Assembly (NCBI GenBank): GCA_000435075.1
Contig: FR890667.1
Span: 36,642-100,641 of the forward strand
Direction: 5' to 3'
Source: Bacteroides sp. CAG:770
GTDB lineage: Bacteria > Bacteroidota > Bacteroidia > Bacteroidales > UBA932
DNA length: 64,000 nucleotides
Shown here: positions 8,263 through 18,988 of the stretch, in pieces
Position numbering within the stretch: position 1 is the stretch's first letter
Layout: the number at the start of each line of letters is the position of its first letter
Position numbers and translations under genes: made by a program
The notes under the pieces: model-generated
The model's input: only the letters and a program-made list of their open reading frames with translations
What the model was told of the DNA's origin: nothing
Databases searched by the model: none

Positions 8263-9270
8263 ATGAAAGAAAAAGAATCCGCAGTAGTATCTATAATCGT
8301 ACCGGTGTATAATGCGGAGAAGTATCTTAGTCGCTGTGTCGACAGTATTTTGTCTCAGACGATGACGGATTTTGAACTGCTTCTGATAGATGATGGTAGC
8401 CAGGACGAATCGGGTCGTATTTGCGATGAATACACTGAAGAGAATGTTCGTGTCAAAGTTGTTCATAAGCCTAATGGTGGCGTTAGTTCGGCGCGAAATT
8501 TAGGTATAGACCATGCCAAAGGAAAATATATAATTTTCGTGGATTCGGATGATTATTGGCTGTCACCTGATTGTTTGGAATCGTTGACATTAATGATGGA
8601 CAGGTTTGGGTGCGACTGTGTTAGAGGAGAATATCAAGGTGTTGATGAGAGAGGAAATATTGTTGTGGAGCCTAAAGTTAAGTGTGAGTTGGAGGGCAGA
8701 GTATTGACCCCATATGAATTGTTGAGGTATGGATTGGCTGGAGAGTTTTTTGGGGTGTTGTTTATCTTCAAGAGAAGTACTATTGGAGATTTGAGATATG
8801 ATGAGCAGCAGTCTTTTCTGGAAGATATGGATTTTATATCTCGTTTTATGATTAAAGCGCAGACATGTGCGTACACTTCGGAATGTTTCTATGCTTATTT
8901 AAAAAGAAATGATTCGGTTTCGAATAGTCCTAAATATGCGAATGTTGAGTGCTCTTTTAAGATGTCCGATAAATTTGATATCTATTCCAAGTTGACAAGC
9001 GGGAGCTTAAGTCAGTATTACTCGTTTTACAGTATCATGATGTATTTGTGGACATTGAGTACTCTTGCAGAGGACCCGTATTATAAAAAAAGAGAATTAT
9101 TTATTCGCAACCTGAAACTCAATAGCCTGTGGCATCGCTGTATATTGCGAGTGCTTAAAAACGGCTTTTTTATGATTACCAGGAAGTATATACAATTACT
9201 CCTACCTCCTTTGCTGAATGTTTATTTAATTAGAATGATGAACTCCAGAATATGCAATACACCGCAGTAA
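8263..9270 (+). CDS. Family 2 glycosyltransferase
   Basis: VSIIVPVYNAEKYLSRCVDSILSQT...LIDDGSQDES...VDSDDY. Confidence 0.85.
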   Translation: MKEKESAVVSIIVPVYNAEKYLSRCVDSILSQTMTDFELLLIDDGSQDESGRICDEYTEENVRVKVVHKPNGGVSSARNLGIDHAKGKYIIFVDSDDYWLSPDCLESLTLMMDRFGCDCVRGEYQGVDERGNIVVEPKVKCELEGRVLTPYELLRYGLAGEFFGVLFIFKRSTIGDLRYDEQQSFLEDMDFISRFMIKAQTCAYTSECFYAYLKRNDSVSNSPKYANVECSFKMSDKFDIYSKLTSGSLSQYYSFYSIMMYLWTLSTLAEDPYYKKRELFIRNLKLNSLWHRCILRVLKNGFFMITRKYIQLLLPPLLNVYLIRMMNSRICNTPQ

Positions 9271-10202
9271 TCCGCACTCTTGGAACCGCCGGAGAGAAAT
9301 ATCAGACGTTGCTCGATTCGCTTGTCAGCCAGACTCTTCCGCCGGAAGAGATATTAGTCTATATCGCTGAAGGATATGAAATTCCATCGGAGACAGTGGG
9401 AACTGAGAAGTATATCTTTGTCAAGAAAGGGATGGTGGCGCAGAGAGCTTTGCGTTACGATGAGGTTAAGACAGAGTATATACTATTCCTTGATGACGAT
9501 CTGTATTTTCCTCCAGATGCCGTAGAAAAAATGTTTAGCCTTCTTGGAAGATATAGCGCAGATGTGATTTCTCCGGATGTATTTCACAATTCTGAGCGTC
9601 CATTCAAACAAAGGTTTATGATGGCGGCATCAGGAAGAATGAGAGCAAGGTATAACGACAGGCACTGGGGATACAAGGTTATGCGGACAGCAGGGTATTC
9701 CTATAATGCTCATCCTGTTAAAGTTGCTTACTGGTCACAAACTAATGCGGGGCCTTGTTTTTTGTGCTCAAAGAAATCTTTCCTGTCAATACGATTTGAA
9801 GAAGAACTTTGGCTGGATAGACAAAAGTATCCTATTGGTGAGGATCAGGTGATGTACTATAAAATGTATAAGTCTAACTTAAAGCAACTTACTGCATTTA
9901 CAACTGGAATTGTTCATCTGGATGCTGGAACTAATAGAAAGCCCGAGAAAGAGAAGTCTCTCATATATGCAGACTTTATATATAAGACCATTTTCTGGCA
10001 TAGATTCATATATCTTCCAGAAAAATCAGTTATGATGAGACTTGTAGATATTCTATGCATTGGATATGCATTTACGTTTGCCTTAGTGATATCACTGATA
10101 AAGGGCAGGTTTGATATATTCAAGATAAAACTTGATGCTATGAAGGAGGGACGTAAATTCCTCAAAAGTGAAGAATACAGAAAATTACCGTTGATAGTAT
10201 GA
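9252..10202 (+). CDS. GT-A fold glycosyltransferase with a C-terminal membrane anchor
   Basis: AVIRTLGTAGE N-terminus, a DxD motif (FLDDDLYF), and two predicted TM helices at the C-terminus. Confidence 0.55.
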   Translation: MQYTAVIRTLGTAGEKYQTLLDSLVSQTLPPEEILVYIAEGYEIPSETVGTEKYIFVKKGMVAQRALRYDEVKTEYILFLDDDLYFPPDAVEKMFSLLGRYSADVISPDVFHNSERPFKQRFMMAASGRMRARYNDRHWGYKVMRTAGYSYNAHPVKVAYWSQTNAGPCFLCSKKSFLSIRFEEELWLDRQKYPIGEDQVMYYKMYKSNLKQLTAFTTGIVHLDAGTNRKPEKEKSLIYADFIYKTIFWHRFIYLPEKSVMMRLVDILCIGYAFTFALVISLIKGRFDIFKIKLDAMKEGRKFLKSEEYRKLPLIV

Positions 10203-11137
10203 CAATTCCTGTTGTTTTTGCCTTCGACAAGAACTTGGTGATGCCTGCATGTGTATGCATCTCATCATTGCTGATGAATGCTAAGAAGGATACAAGTTAT
10301 GATATCTTTATATTGCATCCGGCAAATCAGTCAATGACCCAGACAGACCTTGTGAAATTGTCGGAATACTATGATAATTGTAAACTGACATTCAGACCGG
10401 TTGGTAATGAGTTTGATAATGCATTTGAAATCAGAGGCATAACGACTCCTGCATATTATCGCCTGCTGATTCCGGAAATCATACCGGAGTACGATAAGAT
10501 AATATATTCTGATGTCGATGTTATATTCAGGCGTGATTTAAGTGACCTTTATAGTATTGATTTAGCCGGTGTATATATGGCTGCGACATACGATGTTGGG
10601 ATGAATCTCGGGAAGGATGGAGTTGCACATATCAGTGCCACTAAAGGACTTGTTCTGGGAAAATATATCCAGTCAGGATTTATAATGCTTAATTCTTCGA
10701 AACTAAAAAATGATGGATTGGTAATAAGATTTAAGGAAGAGGCGAAGAAACAATATAAATTCCAGGATCAGGATATTCTCAATGTCGTTTGCGGGAAGAA
10801 TCTAAAGGTCCTCCCAGCAGAATACAACATGACAGACTACACTTTTTACTATCTGAATAGCGGAGACGAGCTTATAAAGTCCGGATATGTCAAGGAAGAG
10901 GAAATTTCAGAAGCCAAGCAGTATGGAACTCTTCACTTTAATGGTCACAAACCATGGGAAAGTTACAGTATAAACTTCGATATCTGGTGGGAATACTACA
11001 GAAAGTCCCCATTTTTCGACGAGAAATTCTACTTTGACTTCTTCTATAGGAAAATCAATGATTATGACCTTCTTCCTCTGTGGAAAAGAGTCAAGATTCT
11101 GTTGAGGTACTTTGTTTTCGGGAGAAGGATTGTTTAA
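10199..11137 (+). CDS. Family 8 glycosyltransferase (LPS glycosyltransferase-like)
   Basis: IPVVFAFDKNLVMPACVCISSLL...YYRLLIPEI...KIIYSDVDVIF...FNGHKPW is the classic GT8 arrangement. Confidence 0.8.
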   Translation: MTIPVVFAFDKNLVMPACVCISSLLMNAKKDTSYDIFILHPANQSMTQTDLVKLSEYYDNCKLTFRPVGNEFDNAFEIRGITTPAYYRLLIPEIIPEYDKIIYSDVDVIFRRDLSDLYSIDLAGVYMAATYDVGMNLGKDGVAHISATKGLVLGKYIQSGFIMLNSSKLKNDGLVIRFKEEAKKQYKFQDQDILNVVCGKNLKVLPAEYNMTDYTFYYLNSGDELIKSGYVKEEEISEAKQYGTLHFNGHKPWESYSINFDIWWEYYRKSPFFDEKFYFDFFYRKINDYDLLPLWKRVKILLRYFVFGRRIV

Positions 11138-11150
11138 TTGACATAGACGG

Positions 11151-12488
11151 ATGCATTATATATTATATACGCTGGCATTGGTGGTGCTATCTTTCTATTT
11201 CTTCCCGTTTGAATTTACGTTCATGCCGGGAATGAATACTAAGATGGCGATGGCTGGTATCGGATTGTCCGTACTGGCAATTCAGTTTGCCAAGAAAAGG
11301 AAGGTAGTGGTAGATAACGACTTCCTCATGATATCAGTCTTGGCCGCCATGGTTTCACTCATCGGTTTCATAGCTGTAACATATAATGGAACTCATGATT
11401 ATACCTATTCTACTTACATCGTGTCAATGTTGGTTTGGCTCAGTGCTGCCAATGTAGTCGTGGCTTTGCTCAAGACAATTCACGGAAAAGTAGATGTCAG
11501 GTTAATCTGTGATTATCTCATAGTGCTATGTGTAGTACAATGCGCTTTAGCTTTAATCATTGATAGTGTACCCGCTGTCAAGCATTTCGTGGATTTGTTT
11601 GTCGCCGGACAGGGATTCATGGGTAAGAATGAGACAAGACTTTATGGAATCGGCTGTAGTCTGGATGTAGCGGCTACCAGATTCTGCGCCATATTGCTGA
11701 TGTGCGTATATCGGCTTGTAGGAATCTCTGAAGGAGAAACCAACCAGAGCAAACGCATTTGGCTAATGCTATGGTATCTTTCAGCATTCATGTTTATAGC
11801 AGTGGTAGGAAATATGATTGCCAGGACGACCACTATCGGTATAGCATTGTCAGTTGTTTACTTACTTATATTGACGCGTCCGTTTTCACTCAGTTCTATA
11901 GAAAAGTACAAGACTCTGTGGAGAACATCGGGAATAATGCTGGTTATTGCAGTATGTTGTTCAATACTATTCTATAACATCAGCCCGGCATTCAAGCAAA
12001 ACTTGAGATTTGCCTTCGAAGGTTTTTTCAGTTTGGCAGAGAAAGGCACATGGGAGGTACACTCAAATGAGATCCTGAAAAACATGGTCGTTTTTCCAGA
12101 TGAAATCAAGACATGGATTATAGGCAATGGTTATTTCGATAATCCATACGATAACGAGCCATATTACACAGGAGTACGATGGCATGGCTATTATCAGGAC
12201 ACAGACATCGGCTACCTTCGATTTATATTTTATTTTGGTGTTTTCGGCCTGATTACCTTCATGGCCTACTTCATAAAGGTAGCGTTGACCTGCAGGAAAC
12301 GTCTGCCGGAAATGGGCTCATTGTTTTTAATGCTCCTCTTGCTGAATTTTACCATTTGGTGCAAGGTCTCGACAGATATTTTTCTGGTTTTTGCCCTGTT
12401 CCTTTGCCTGCCCTACAAAACTGAACCAGAAAAACTCAAGATAAAAGAGAATATTACCTCCGACAGCCAGACTGTCGATATGCAATAA
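11151..12488 (+). CDS. wzy: Wzy-like polysaccharide polymerase / O-antigen ligase-like integral membrane protein
   Basis: 445 aa with about 10 TM helices and a large aromatic-rich hydrophilic loop near the C-terminus (NISPAFKQNLRF...NPYDNEPYYTGVRWHGYYQD), as in Wzy/O-antigen ligase proteins. It is the only polytopic membrane protein in the operon. Confidence 0.55.
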   Translation: MHYILYTLALVVLSFYFFPFEFTFMPGMNTKMAMAGIGLSVLAIQFAKKRKVVVDNDFLMISVLAAMVSLIGFIAVTYNGTHDYTYSTYIVSMLVWLSAANVVVALLKTIHGKVDVRLICDYLIVLCVVQCALALIIDSVPAVKHFVDLFVAGQGFMGKNETRLYGIGCSLDVAATRFCAILLMCVYRLVGISEGETNQSKRIWLMLWYLSAFMFIAVVGNMIARTTTIGIALSVVYLLILTRPFSLSSIEKYKTLWRTSGIMLVIAVCCSILFYNISPAFKQNLRFAFEGFFSLAEKGTWEVHSNEILKNMVVFPDEIKTWIIGNGYFDNPYDNEPYYTGVRWHGYYQDTDIGYLRFIFYFGVFGLITFMAYFIKVALTCRKRLPEMGSLFLMLLLLNFTIWCKVSTDIFLVFALFLCLPYKTEPEKLKIKENITSDSQTVDMQ

Positions 12489-12492
12489 TTTT

Positions 12493-13476
12493 ATGATAAA
12501 TGTTTCAGTCATAGTTCCGATTTATAATGTCGGGAAGTACATAGAACGTTGTGCGGAATCGCTGCTGTCCCAGACTATGAAGTCGGGAATCGAATTCATT
12601 TTCGTGGACGACGCGGCGACGGACAATAGCATTGACATCCTCAAGACTGTCATTGCCAGGCATCCTGAGCGCAAAGATCAGGTGAAATTGCTGACGCACC
12701 CCGTGAACAAGGGCCTTCCTGCAGCAAGAAATACCGGAATGGACGCAGCTGAAGGCGAATACATATATCACTGTGACAGTGACGATTACGTCGAAGCCGA
12801 TATGCTGAGGAAAATGTACATGGCGACATTGACCCGTGGAGCCGACATCGTGTGGTGCGACTGGTATCTGACATTCCCTCACAACGAAAGGTACATGTCG
12901 CAGCCGATGCGCAGCACGCAGTTCGCAGCGGTAAGGTCAATGCTGGACGGCACGATGAAGTACAATGTCTGGAACAAAATCGTCAGGAAAAAACTCTATA
13001 CCGACAACGGAATCCGCTTTCCGGAAGGCCACAGCATGGGCGAAGACATGACCATGATTCGCCTGATGTCCAGGGCAGTACGTGGCGCACACGTCCACGA
13101 AGCATTCTATCATTATGTGAAGAGCGACGTGGCCATGTCCAGCGGAACACTTTCAGACAGGGCACTGGCCGACCTGAAATTCAATACCGACGAAACCATC
13201 GGATACCTGAAAAGCGTGTTCGGAAAAGGACTGACAGAAGGAATCGCATTATTCAAGCTCAATGTCAAGCTGCCGTTCCTCCTGACCGGAAGCATAAAAG
13301 ACTACCGTCGCTGGCAAGAATGGTATCCGGAAGCCGACAAATACATCTGGAACAACAAGCTTCTGTCGTTCAGAATAAAGCTCCTGCAACAATTCGCAGC
13401 CTGGGGCATCTATCCTGCAATCTGGGTTTATTTCAATGTGTTCCAGCGCTTTGTGTACGGCGTAATTTACAAGTGA
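12493..13476 (+). CDS. Family 2 glycosyltransferase (GC-rich paralogue of 7279-8259)
   Basis: VSVIVPIYNVGKYIERCAESLLSQT...FVDDAATDNS...CDSDDY; roughly 50 percent identical to the 7279 gene but with much higher GC. Confidence 0.85.
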   Translation: MINVSVIVPIYNVGKYIERCAESLLSQTMKSGIEFIFVDDAATDNSIDILKTVIARHPERKDQVKLLTHPVNKGLPAARNTGMDAAEGEYIYHCDSDDYVEADMLRKMYMATLTRGADIVWCDWYLTFPHNERYMSQPMRSTQFAAVRSMLDGTMKYNVWNKIVRKKLYTDNGIRFPEGHSMGEDMTMIRLMSRAVRGAHVHEAFYHYVKSDVAMSSGTLSDRALADLKFNTDETIGYLKSVFGKGLTEGIALFKLNVKLPFLLTGSIKDYRRWQEWYPEADKYIWNNKLLSFRIKLLQQFAAWGIYPAIWVYFNVFQRFVYGVIYK

Positions 13477-13516
13477 AACTGTCATTGACAACCACATATT
13501 AAAAAACTGAACCTCC

Positions 13517-14677
13517 ATGAAATTGACATATTGCATCCACTCCATCTACAACCCCGGCGGTATGGAGAGGGTGCTGCTGAATAAAGTGACATATCTGAAG
13601 AATAAGATGGGATGGGACGTGTCCATTGTGACGACAGACCAGCATGGACGCCCACCGTTCTATCCGTTTCCCGACGGCGTGGAAATCACAGACCTGGGAA
13701 TCAATTATTCTGATGACAACCATAAAAGCCCGCTTCTGAAATTTTTGGGGTATTTCAATAAGAGACGGGCTCACAGGAAGGCCCTGACGGAATTCTTGAA
13801 AAAGAATAAAACTGATATAATGGTCTCTCTCTATCCGTCAGAGTCTTCCTTTATGCCGAAAATCAAGGACGGGAGCCGCAAGGTTCTCGAACTGCACTAT
13901 AACAGATTCTTCCGTCTCCTCTATGGAAGAAAAGGACTTCTGAGACTTGCTGACCTCTGGCGTACAAGACAGGATCCTATGATGGTCAGACGTTTCGACA
14001 AGTTCATCGTCCTGACCAATGAAGATGCGGCATTGTGGGGCGGACTTCCGAATATGGAAGTCATACCGAATGCCGCCATGAAATTGTCAGACAAAAGTAC
14101 GGACTCGACACCTCACAGAGTAATCGCTGTGGGACGTCTGGACTACCAGAAAAGCTTTGACAGGCTGTTGGCCATCTGGGAGAAAGTCATGAGAAATCCG
14201 GCACTTTCAGACTGGAAACTGGACATCTTCGGGCAGGGTGAATGGAAACAGCAACTTGAGGATATGATAGATGTGCTGAAAATCAGGGACAGCGTGACTA
14301 TCCATAAGCCTGTGAAAGACATTGGCTCCGAATACCTCAGGAGTTCTATTCTGGTGATGACATCACACTATGAGGGCTTCCCTATGGTGATGATTGAAGG
14401 AATGGCCTGCGGCCTTCCTGTCGTATCGTTTGACTTCAAATGCGGACCATACGACATCATCAGGGATGGAAACAACGGATATATAGTCACCGACGGAGAC
14501 ATCGACACATTCGCGGAGCGTCTTACGAAATTGATGACGTACGATGACCTTCGGAAGAACATGTCAGAATCAGCGCTGGAAATCTCTGAAACTTTTTCTG
14601 AAGAAAAGGTGATGGAAAAATGGATTAACCTGTTTGAAACACTAAAACCGACTGCTGATGAAACTGTTGCAAATTAA
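13517..14677 (+). CDS. Family 4 glycosyltransferase (GT-B fold, Glyco_trans_1-type)
   Basis: The C-terminal half LVMTSHYEGFPMVMIEGMACGLPVVSFDFKCGPYDIIRDGNNGYIV is a GT4 EX7E-type region. Confidence 0.8.
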   Translation: MKLTYCIHSIYNPGGMERVLLNKVTYLKNKMGWDVSIVTTDQHGRPPFYPFPDGVEITDLGINYSDDNHKSPLLKFLGYFNKRRAHRKALTEFLKKNKTDIMVSLYPSESSFMPKIKDGSRKVLELHYNRFFRLLYGRKGLLRLADLWRTRQDPMMVRRFDKFIVLTNEDAALWGGLPNMEVIPNAAMKLSDKSTDSTPHRVIAVGRLDYQKSFDRLLAIWEKVMRNPALSDWKLDIFGQGEWKQQLEDMIDVLKIRDSVTIHKPVKDIGSEYLRSSILVMTSHYEGFPMVMIEGMACGLPVVSFDFKCGPYDIIRDGNNGYIVTDGDIDTFAERLTKLMTYDDLRKNMSESALEISETFSEEKVMEKWINLFETLKPTADETVAN

Positions 14678-15887
14678 TCCTGTTCTGAGGACGAGCACAT
14701 CGACCGGTAGAATTGTAAGGGAAATAGGTGAGGCTGCCATGTCTGCCGGATGGGAAAGTTATATTGCATATAGTGTAGGGCGTGACGGAAAGATGTCTTG
14801 CACTTCCAAGAGAGTGTTTGTCGGAGATCCGCTGAGTGTCGCTTTCCATGGCATGATTACAAGATTGTTTGACCGTCATGGCCTGGCCTCAGACGCCGCT
14901 ACAAGGAAATTTATAAAAGATATTGAAAGGATAAATCCTGATATAATACACATACATAACATTCATGGCTATTTCCTGAACTACAAGATACTGTTCGATT
15001 GGCTTAGCCGTTCAGGAAAACCAGTCGTCTGGACAGTCCACGACTGTTGGCTTTTTACCGGTCACTGCTATTACTACATGAAAGCAGATTGCGACAAATG
15101 GAAATACGGCTGTGGCCAATGTCCCCAGACCCGAGAATTCCCGAAAAGCTGGCTGATAGACCGCTCCGCCAAAAACTGGCGCGACAAGAAAAACGCATTC
15201 TGCTCCATCCCGTCCGACAAAATGACCATCGTCACCGTCTCGGACTGGCTGAAAGGCGAAATGCAGCAATCTTTCCTGAAAGATTTCCGCTACAAAGTCA
15301 TACATAATGGTATAGACACGGAAGTCTTCAAGCCGTCAGACGGCACGGCAGTCCGCAAGCGCTACGGGATCGGCGACAGGAAAATGTATATGGGAGCGGC
15401 AAGTATCTGGAGCACCGCGAAAGGGCTCGACGACTTCATAAGCATGGCGTCAATGCTGACCCCGCAGGAAGTCATCGTTCTGGTAGGCCTGGACAAGAAT
15501 CAGATGACCCGCATGCCGGCCAACATTATCGGCATCCCGAGGACCTCCGACGTCCACGAACTCGCCGAACTGTACAGCGCAGCTGACGCGTTCCTGAACC
15601 TGACTTATCAGGACAACTACCCGACCGTGAACCTCGAGTCGATATCCTGCGGCACCCCGGTGGTGACCTACAGGACAGGCGGAAGCCCCGAGTCCGTTAC
15701 AGGTCAATGCGGTATGGTGACCGACTGTGGCGACGTCGCCCAGGCTCTGGCCGCAGCGAGAAAGATAGCCGCGACGGACCGTTCCGTCTGGCGGGACAAC
15801 TGCCGGGCATACGGACTGGCCAACTTCAGGAAGGCCGACCGCTATGCCGATTACATAAAACTATACAAAGAACTATTGAATGGCTGA
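14658..15887 (+). CDS. Family 4 glycosyltransferase
   Basis: 409 aa; GT-B-like, with the C-terminal NLTYQDNYPTVNLESISCGTPVVTYRTGGSPE. Confidence 0.7.
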   Translation: MKLLQINPVLRTSTSTGRIVREIGEAAMSAGWESYIAYSVGRDGKMSCTSKRVFVGDPLSVAFHGMITRLFDRHGLASDAATRKFIKDIERINPDIIHIHNIHGYFLNYKILFDWLSRSGKPVVWTVHDCWLFTGHCYYYMKADCDKWKYGCGQCPQTREFPKSWLIDRSAKNWRDKKNAFCSIPSDKMTIVTVSDWLKGEMQQSFLKDFRYKVIHNGIDTEVFKPSDGTAVRKRYGIGDRKMYMGAASIWSTAKGLDDFISMASMLTPQEVIVLVGLDKNQMTRMPANIIGIPRTSDVHELAELYSAADAFLNLTYQDNYPTVNLESISCGTPVVTYRTGGSPESVTGQCGMVTDCGDVAQALAAARKIAATDRSVWRDNCRAYGLANFRKADRYADYIKLYKELLNG

Positions 15888-17010
15888 TATAAATATACAT
15901 CAGTTAGGAAAATTCTGGCCCGTGCTGGGAGGCGTCGAGAAGGTCATGTACGACCTGACCGCCGGTCTTTCGCCCCGGGGAGTGCACTGCGACATGCTCT
16001 GTGCCTCCGCCGGAGTCCCTCCCGGAAAGGTAAAGGTCAATGCCAATGCATCCGTGACCATCTGCCCGACAATCGCAAAGTTCTCCGGTACAATGCTTTC
16101 GCCCTCAATGATAGGCGAAGTCCGCAGACGGCGTGACAAATACGACCTTATCCACGTTCACCATCCTGACCCGATGGCGGCTCTGGCCCTCTTCCTTTCA
16201 GGATACAAAGGCAAGGTAGTCCTGCATTGGCACAGCGACATCCAGAAAAGTCCTCTTCTGATGGCAATGTACAAACCGCTCCAGAGCTGGCTGATCCGCC
16301 GCGCCGACAAAATCATCGGAACCACGCCGGCATACCTGTCTGCATCGCCATACCTCAGGAAAGTGCAGGACAAGACAGAATGCATCCCGATAGGCATCGC
16401 ACCGTTACAGCCTGACGCTCAGGGAGCAGCTGAAATCCGCAAGACGTACGAAGGCAAGAAAATCGTCTTCACCATGGGACGCCTCGTTCCGTACAAAGGC
16501 TATGGCTGCCTCATAGAATCGGCCAAGTATCTGGATGACAGCTGGATGATACTCATCGGAGGCTCGGGCCCTATGAAAGATGAACTCCAGGCAGCGATAG
16601 ATGCCGGCGGACTTGCCTCCAAAGTAAGACTCCTCGGACGTGTCCCGGACGACAAAGTCTCGGCATACTACACCGCCTGCGACATCTTCTGCCTCAGCAG
16701 CATTATGAAGACAGAAGCCTTCGGAATCGTCCAGATAGAAGCGATGTCCCTCGGCCGGCCTGTAGTAGCGACCAAGATCCCGGGCTCGGGAGTGTCCTGG
16801 GTCAATGATGACGGAGTGTCCGGAGTCAATGTCGAACCTCGTGACCCTGAGACACTTGCCAATGCTTTCCGTGAGATTACCTCTTCTCAGGAAACATACA
16901 GGAAATACAGCGACGGAGCATTGGCACGCTTCAATTCGCTATTCACCTCAGATGTAATGATAACCCGCCAACTCACTTGCTACAAGAAGATACTTGAAGC
17001 CGAAATCTAA
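15880..17010 (+). CDS. Family 4 glycosyltransferase
   Basis: HQLGKFWPVLGGVEKVMYDL N-terminus and SIMKTEAFGIVQIEAMSLGRPVVATKIPGSG C-terminal GT4 motif. Confidence 0.8.
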   Translation: MADINIHQLGKFWPVLGGVEKVMYDLTAGLSPRGVHCDMLCASAGVPPGKVKVNANASVTICPTIAKFSGTMLSPSMIGEVRRRRDKYDLIHVHHPDPMAALALFLSGYKGKVVLHWHSDIQKSPLLMAMYKPLQSWLIRRADKIIGTTPAYLSASPYLRKVQDKTECIPIGIAPLQPDAQGAAEIRKTYEGKKIVFTMGRLVPYKGYGCLIESAKYLDDSWMILIGGSGPMKDELQAAIDAGGLASKVRLLGRVPDDKVSAYYTACDIFCLSSIMKTEAFGIVQIEAMSLGRPVVATKIPGSGVSWVNDDGVSGVNVEPRDPETLANAFREITSSQETYRKYSDGALARFNSLFTSDVMITRQLTCYKKILEAEI

Positions 17011-17030
17011 TAAAAACTGATATTATAAAA

Positions 17031-17666
17031 ATGAGTACAGACACGTTGACTGCAATCAAGAGCAGTCGTACATTTACTTTATTCGACGAGGCCCTGAAAC
17101 GCATCCTCGACTGCGTCGCCTCAGGACTCGGACTTATTGTCTTCAGCCCGCTCTTCCTTATAATATGGATAGCAATCCGTCTGGAAAGCAGCGGCCCGGC
17201 AATATTCAGTCAGGAACGAATCGGCTACCTTGGCCGTCCGTTCACTATCTACAAGTTCAGGTCAATGCGTATCGACTCTGAGCAAGACGGACACCCTGCG
17301 CTCTGCAGCAAGGACGACAGCCGTCTTACCAAAGTCGGAAAATTCCTTCGCGACCACCATCTCGACGAACTCCCGCAGCTGTGGAACGTGTTCCGTGGAG
17401 ATATGAGTTTCGTGGGCCCGAGACCTGAGCGCAAATACTTCATTGACAAGATTATGCAACTCAATGACAGTTATGAGAGACTATACCAGTTGCGTCCGGG
17501 ACTTTTCTCCTGGGCCACACTGTACAATGGTTACACTGATACGATGGACAAGATGCTGACCCGTCTGCACATGGACATCGACTATCTTGAAAACAGAACG
17601 TTGGTAATGGATACTAAAATCATTTGGCTCACAGTCATGTCCATCATCACCGGCAAGAAGTTCTAA
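17031..17666 (+). CDS. Small monotopic initiating phosphoglycosyl (sugar) transferase, PglC/WbaP-C-like
   Basis: 211 aa with one N-terminal hydrophobic helix, then YKFRSM...[21 protein letters not shown], the hallmark of Bac_transf-type sugar transferases. Confidence 0.85.
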   Translation: MSTDTLTAIKSSRTFTLFDEALKRILDCVASGLGLIVFSPLFLIIWIAIRLESSGPAIFSQERIGYLGRPFTIYKFRSMRIDSEQDGHPALCSKDDSRLTKVGKFLRDHHLDELPQLWNVFRGDMSFVGPRPERKYFIDKIMQLNDSYERLYQLRPGLFSWATLYNGYTDTMDKMLTRLHMDIDYLENRTLVMDTKIIWLTVMSIITGKKF

Positions 17667-17673
17667 TACTAAT

Positions 17674-17943
17674 ATGAAGATAAACCCCAATTGCGTGCTG
17701 CGCCGGCTCGGAAAGCAGAACATGGTAGTGAAAGCTGACGGAAAGAACAGCAATATGTCGCAGGTCTATATTTTCAATGACACTGCGACATACCTCTGGA
17801 ATACATTGAAAGACAAACCTTTCACTCTAGACGATATGGCTGCATGCCTGTGCGGCAACTATGACGTCTCACTCGAAACGGCAACCGGCGACGCCGCGGT
17901 GCTGCTTGAAAACTGGAAAGAAAACGGACTCGTGACAGAATAA
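17674..17943 (+). CDS. PqqD-family protein (peptide-binding RRE-like chaperone domain)
   Basis: 89 aa; NPNCVLRRLGKQNMVV...YIFNDTATYLWNTL...LDDMAACL matches PqqD-family architecture. Only an 8-nt gap separates it from the upstream gene. Confidence 0.65.
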   Translation: MKINPNCVLRRLGKQNMVVKADGKNSNMSQVYIFNDTATYLWNTLKDKPFTLDDMAACLCGNYDVSLETATGDAAVLLENWKENGLVTE

Positions 17944-17944
17944 T

Positions 17945-18988
17945 ATGAAGTTGGCATTGACAAGAACAGACAAAGCATTGCTGACCTTGCTCCGGTCCGG
18001 TCTCTGGAACAGGCCGCCTGACACCCCGGAACTCTTCCCCTTGAGTTCTGAGGAATGGAAGGAGGTCTTCGAGAAGTCCAGAAACCATACAGTTACAGCC
18101 ATAGTAGCGGATTCGCTGGAGTATCTGCCTGAAAATCAGCTGCCTTCGGATGAAGTACTGGCTGGGTGGGCAGTCGAATCAGACAGAATCGAAAGGCTCA
18201 GCGGCAAGATGGCAAATGTGACGGCCGGACTTTCTGAGATATACAAGACTCTCAGACCGGTTTGTTTCAAGGGACTCGAATGTGCAAGCCTTTATTCCAG
18301 ACCCTCCAGCCGCCAATGCGGAGACATTGACCTGTATTTCGATGACATTGAAGCCTCTGCGGCTCTGGCGCGACAGCATGGCTACGTCCCCGAACATAAG
18401 CCCGACGGCAGTTTTACCTACGCGGTGCAGGGGATTGTCGTGGAGCACCATCCGTCTTACATTGACCTTTGCGCTCCGCGTAAACGGAAGTGGCTGAGGA
18501 CTTTGGATGAAAATCCTGGCTTCGGGACCGGAATCTGCGGGATGTCGAGACCAGTACCTGCGCTGAATCTGCTCGTTCTTCATTCGCATGTAATGAAACA
18601 TGCTTTCGGTCGCGGTGTGGGGCTGCGGCAGATGTGCGATCTTGCAAGGGCATATTATTCTTATGACGGAATGTATGAACCGGAATACCTCAGGAGAATG
18701 TACCGGAAAGCAGGTCTGGCCACGTGGACTCGCATGATACACGCCTTCCTGACCGATTATCTCGGTCTCGGCAAGGAATTCCTGCCTTACACGGAACCCC
18801 ATGCCGATGCTTCGGAATTTCTGGAAAGAGTGTTGCTCGCCGGAAACTTCGGAAGGTCGATGCCGGGAAGAGGTCAGGGTAAGGTCCGGACTCTCAAAGC
18901 GTTCATGGCCAATGCCTTATTTGCCGCCCGCTATGCTCCGGACGAATATTTCTGGCAGATAGTACAGCTTGCAGGAGGGCAGTTATGA
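17945..18988 (+). CDS. Uncharacterised nucleotidyltransferase family protein (NTP_transf_5-like, pol-beta superfamily)
   Basis: 347 aa; the GDIDLYFDD motif is a G-[SD]-x-D-x-D nucleotidyltransferase signature. The start overlaps the PqqD gene stop by 1 nt. Confidence 0.55.
   Translation: MKLALTRTDKALLTLLRSGLWNRPPDTPELFPLSSEEWKEVFEKSRNHTVTAIVADSLEYLPENQLPSDEVLAGWAVESDRIERLSGKMANVTAGLSEIYKTLRPVCFKGLECASLYSRPSSRQCGDIDLYFDDIEASAALARQHGYVPEHKPDGSFTYAVQGIVVEHHPSYIDLCAPRKRKWLRTLDENPGFGTGICGMSRPVPALNLLVLHSHVMKHAFGRGVGLRQMCDLARAYYSYDGMYEPEYLRRMYRKAGLATWTRMIHAFLTDYLGLGKEFLPYTEPHADASEFLERVLLAGNFGRSMPGRGQGKVRTLKAFMANALFAARYAPDEYFWQIVQLAGGQL

Noticed and set aside
12852-13502. 216-aa ORF on the + strand in a second frame over the GT2 gene; similar long antisense or alternative-frame ORFs at 12505-12882, 12650-12940, 15012-15305, 15450-15707, 18179-18802, 18931-19932, 19976-20521, 22420-23034, 24085-25125, 39226-39690, 39854-40432, 40640-41146 and 51558-51947
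   Set aside because: They lie within GC-rich stretches where stop codons are rare. Their products are low-complexity (Arg/Ser/Pro-rich) with no recognisable motifs. The overlapping frames encode proteins with clear family signatures such as glycosyltransferase DxD motifs, Walker A loops, MurA and MntP. The co-directional operon structure with coupled start and stop codons supports the chosen frames.
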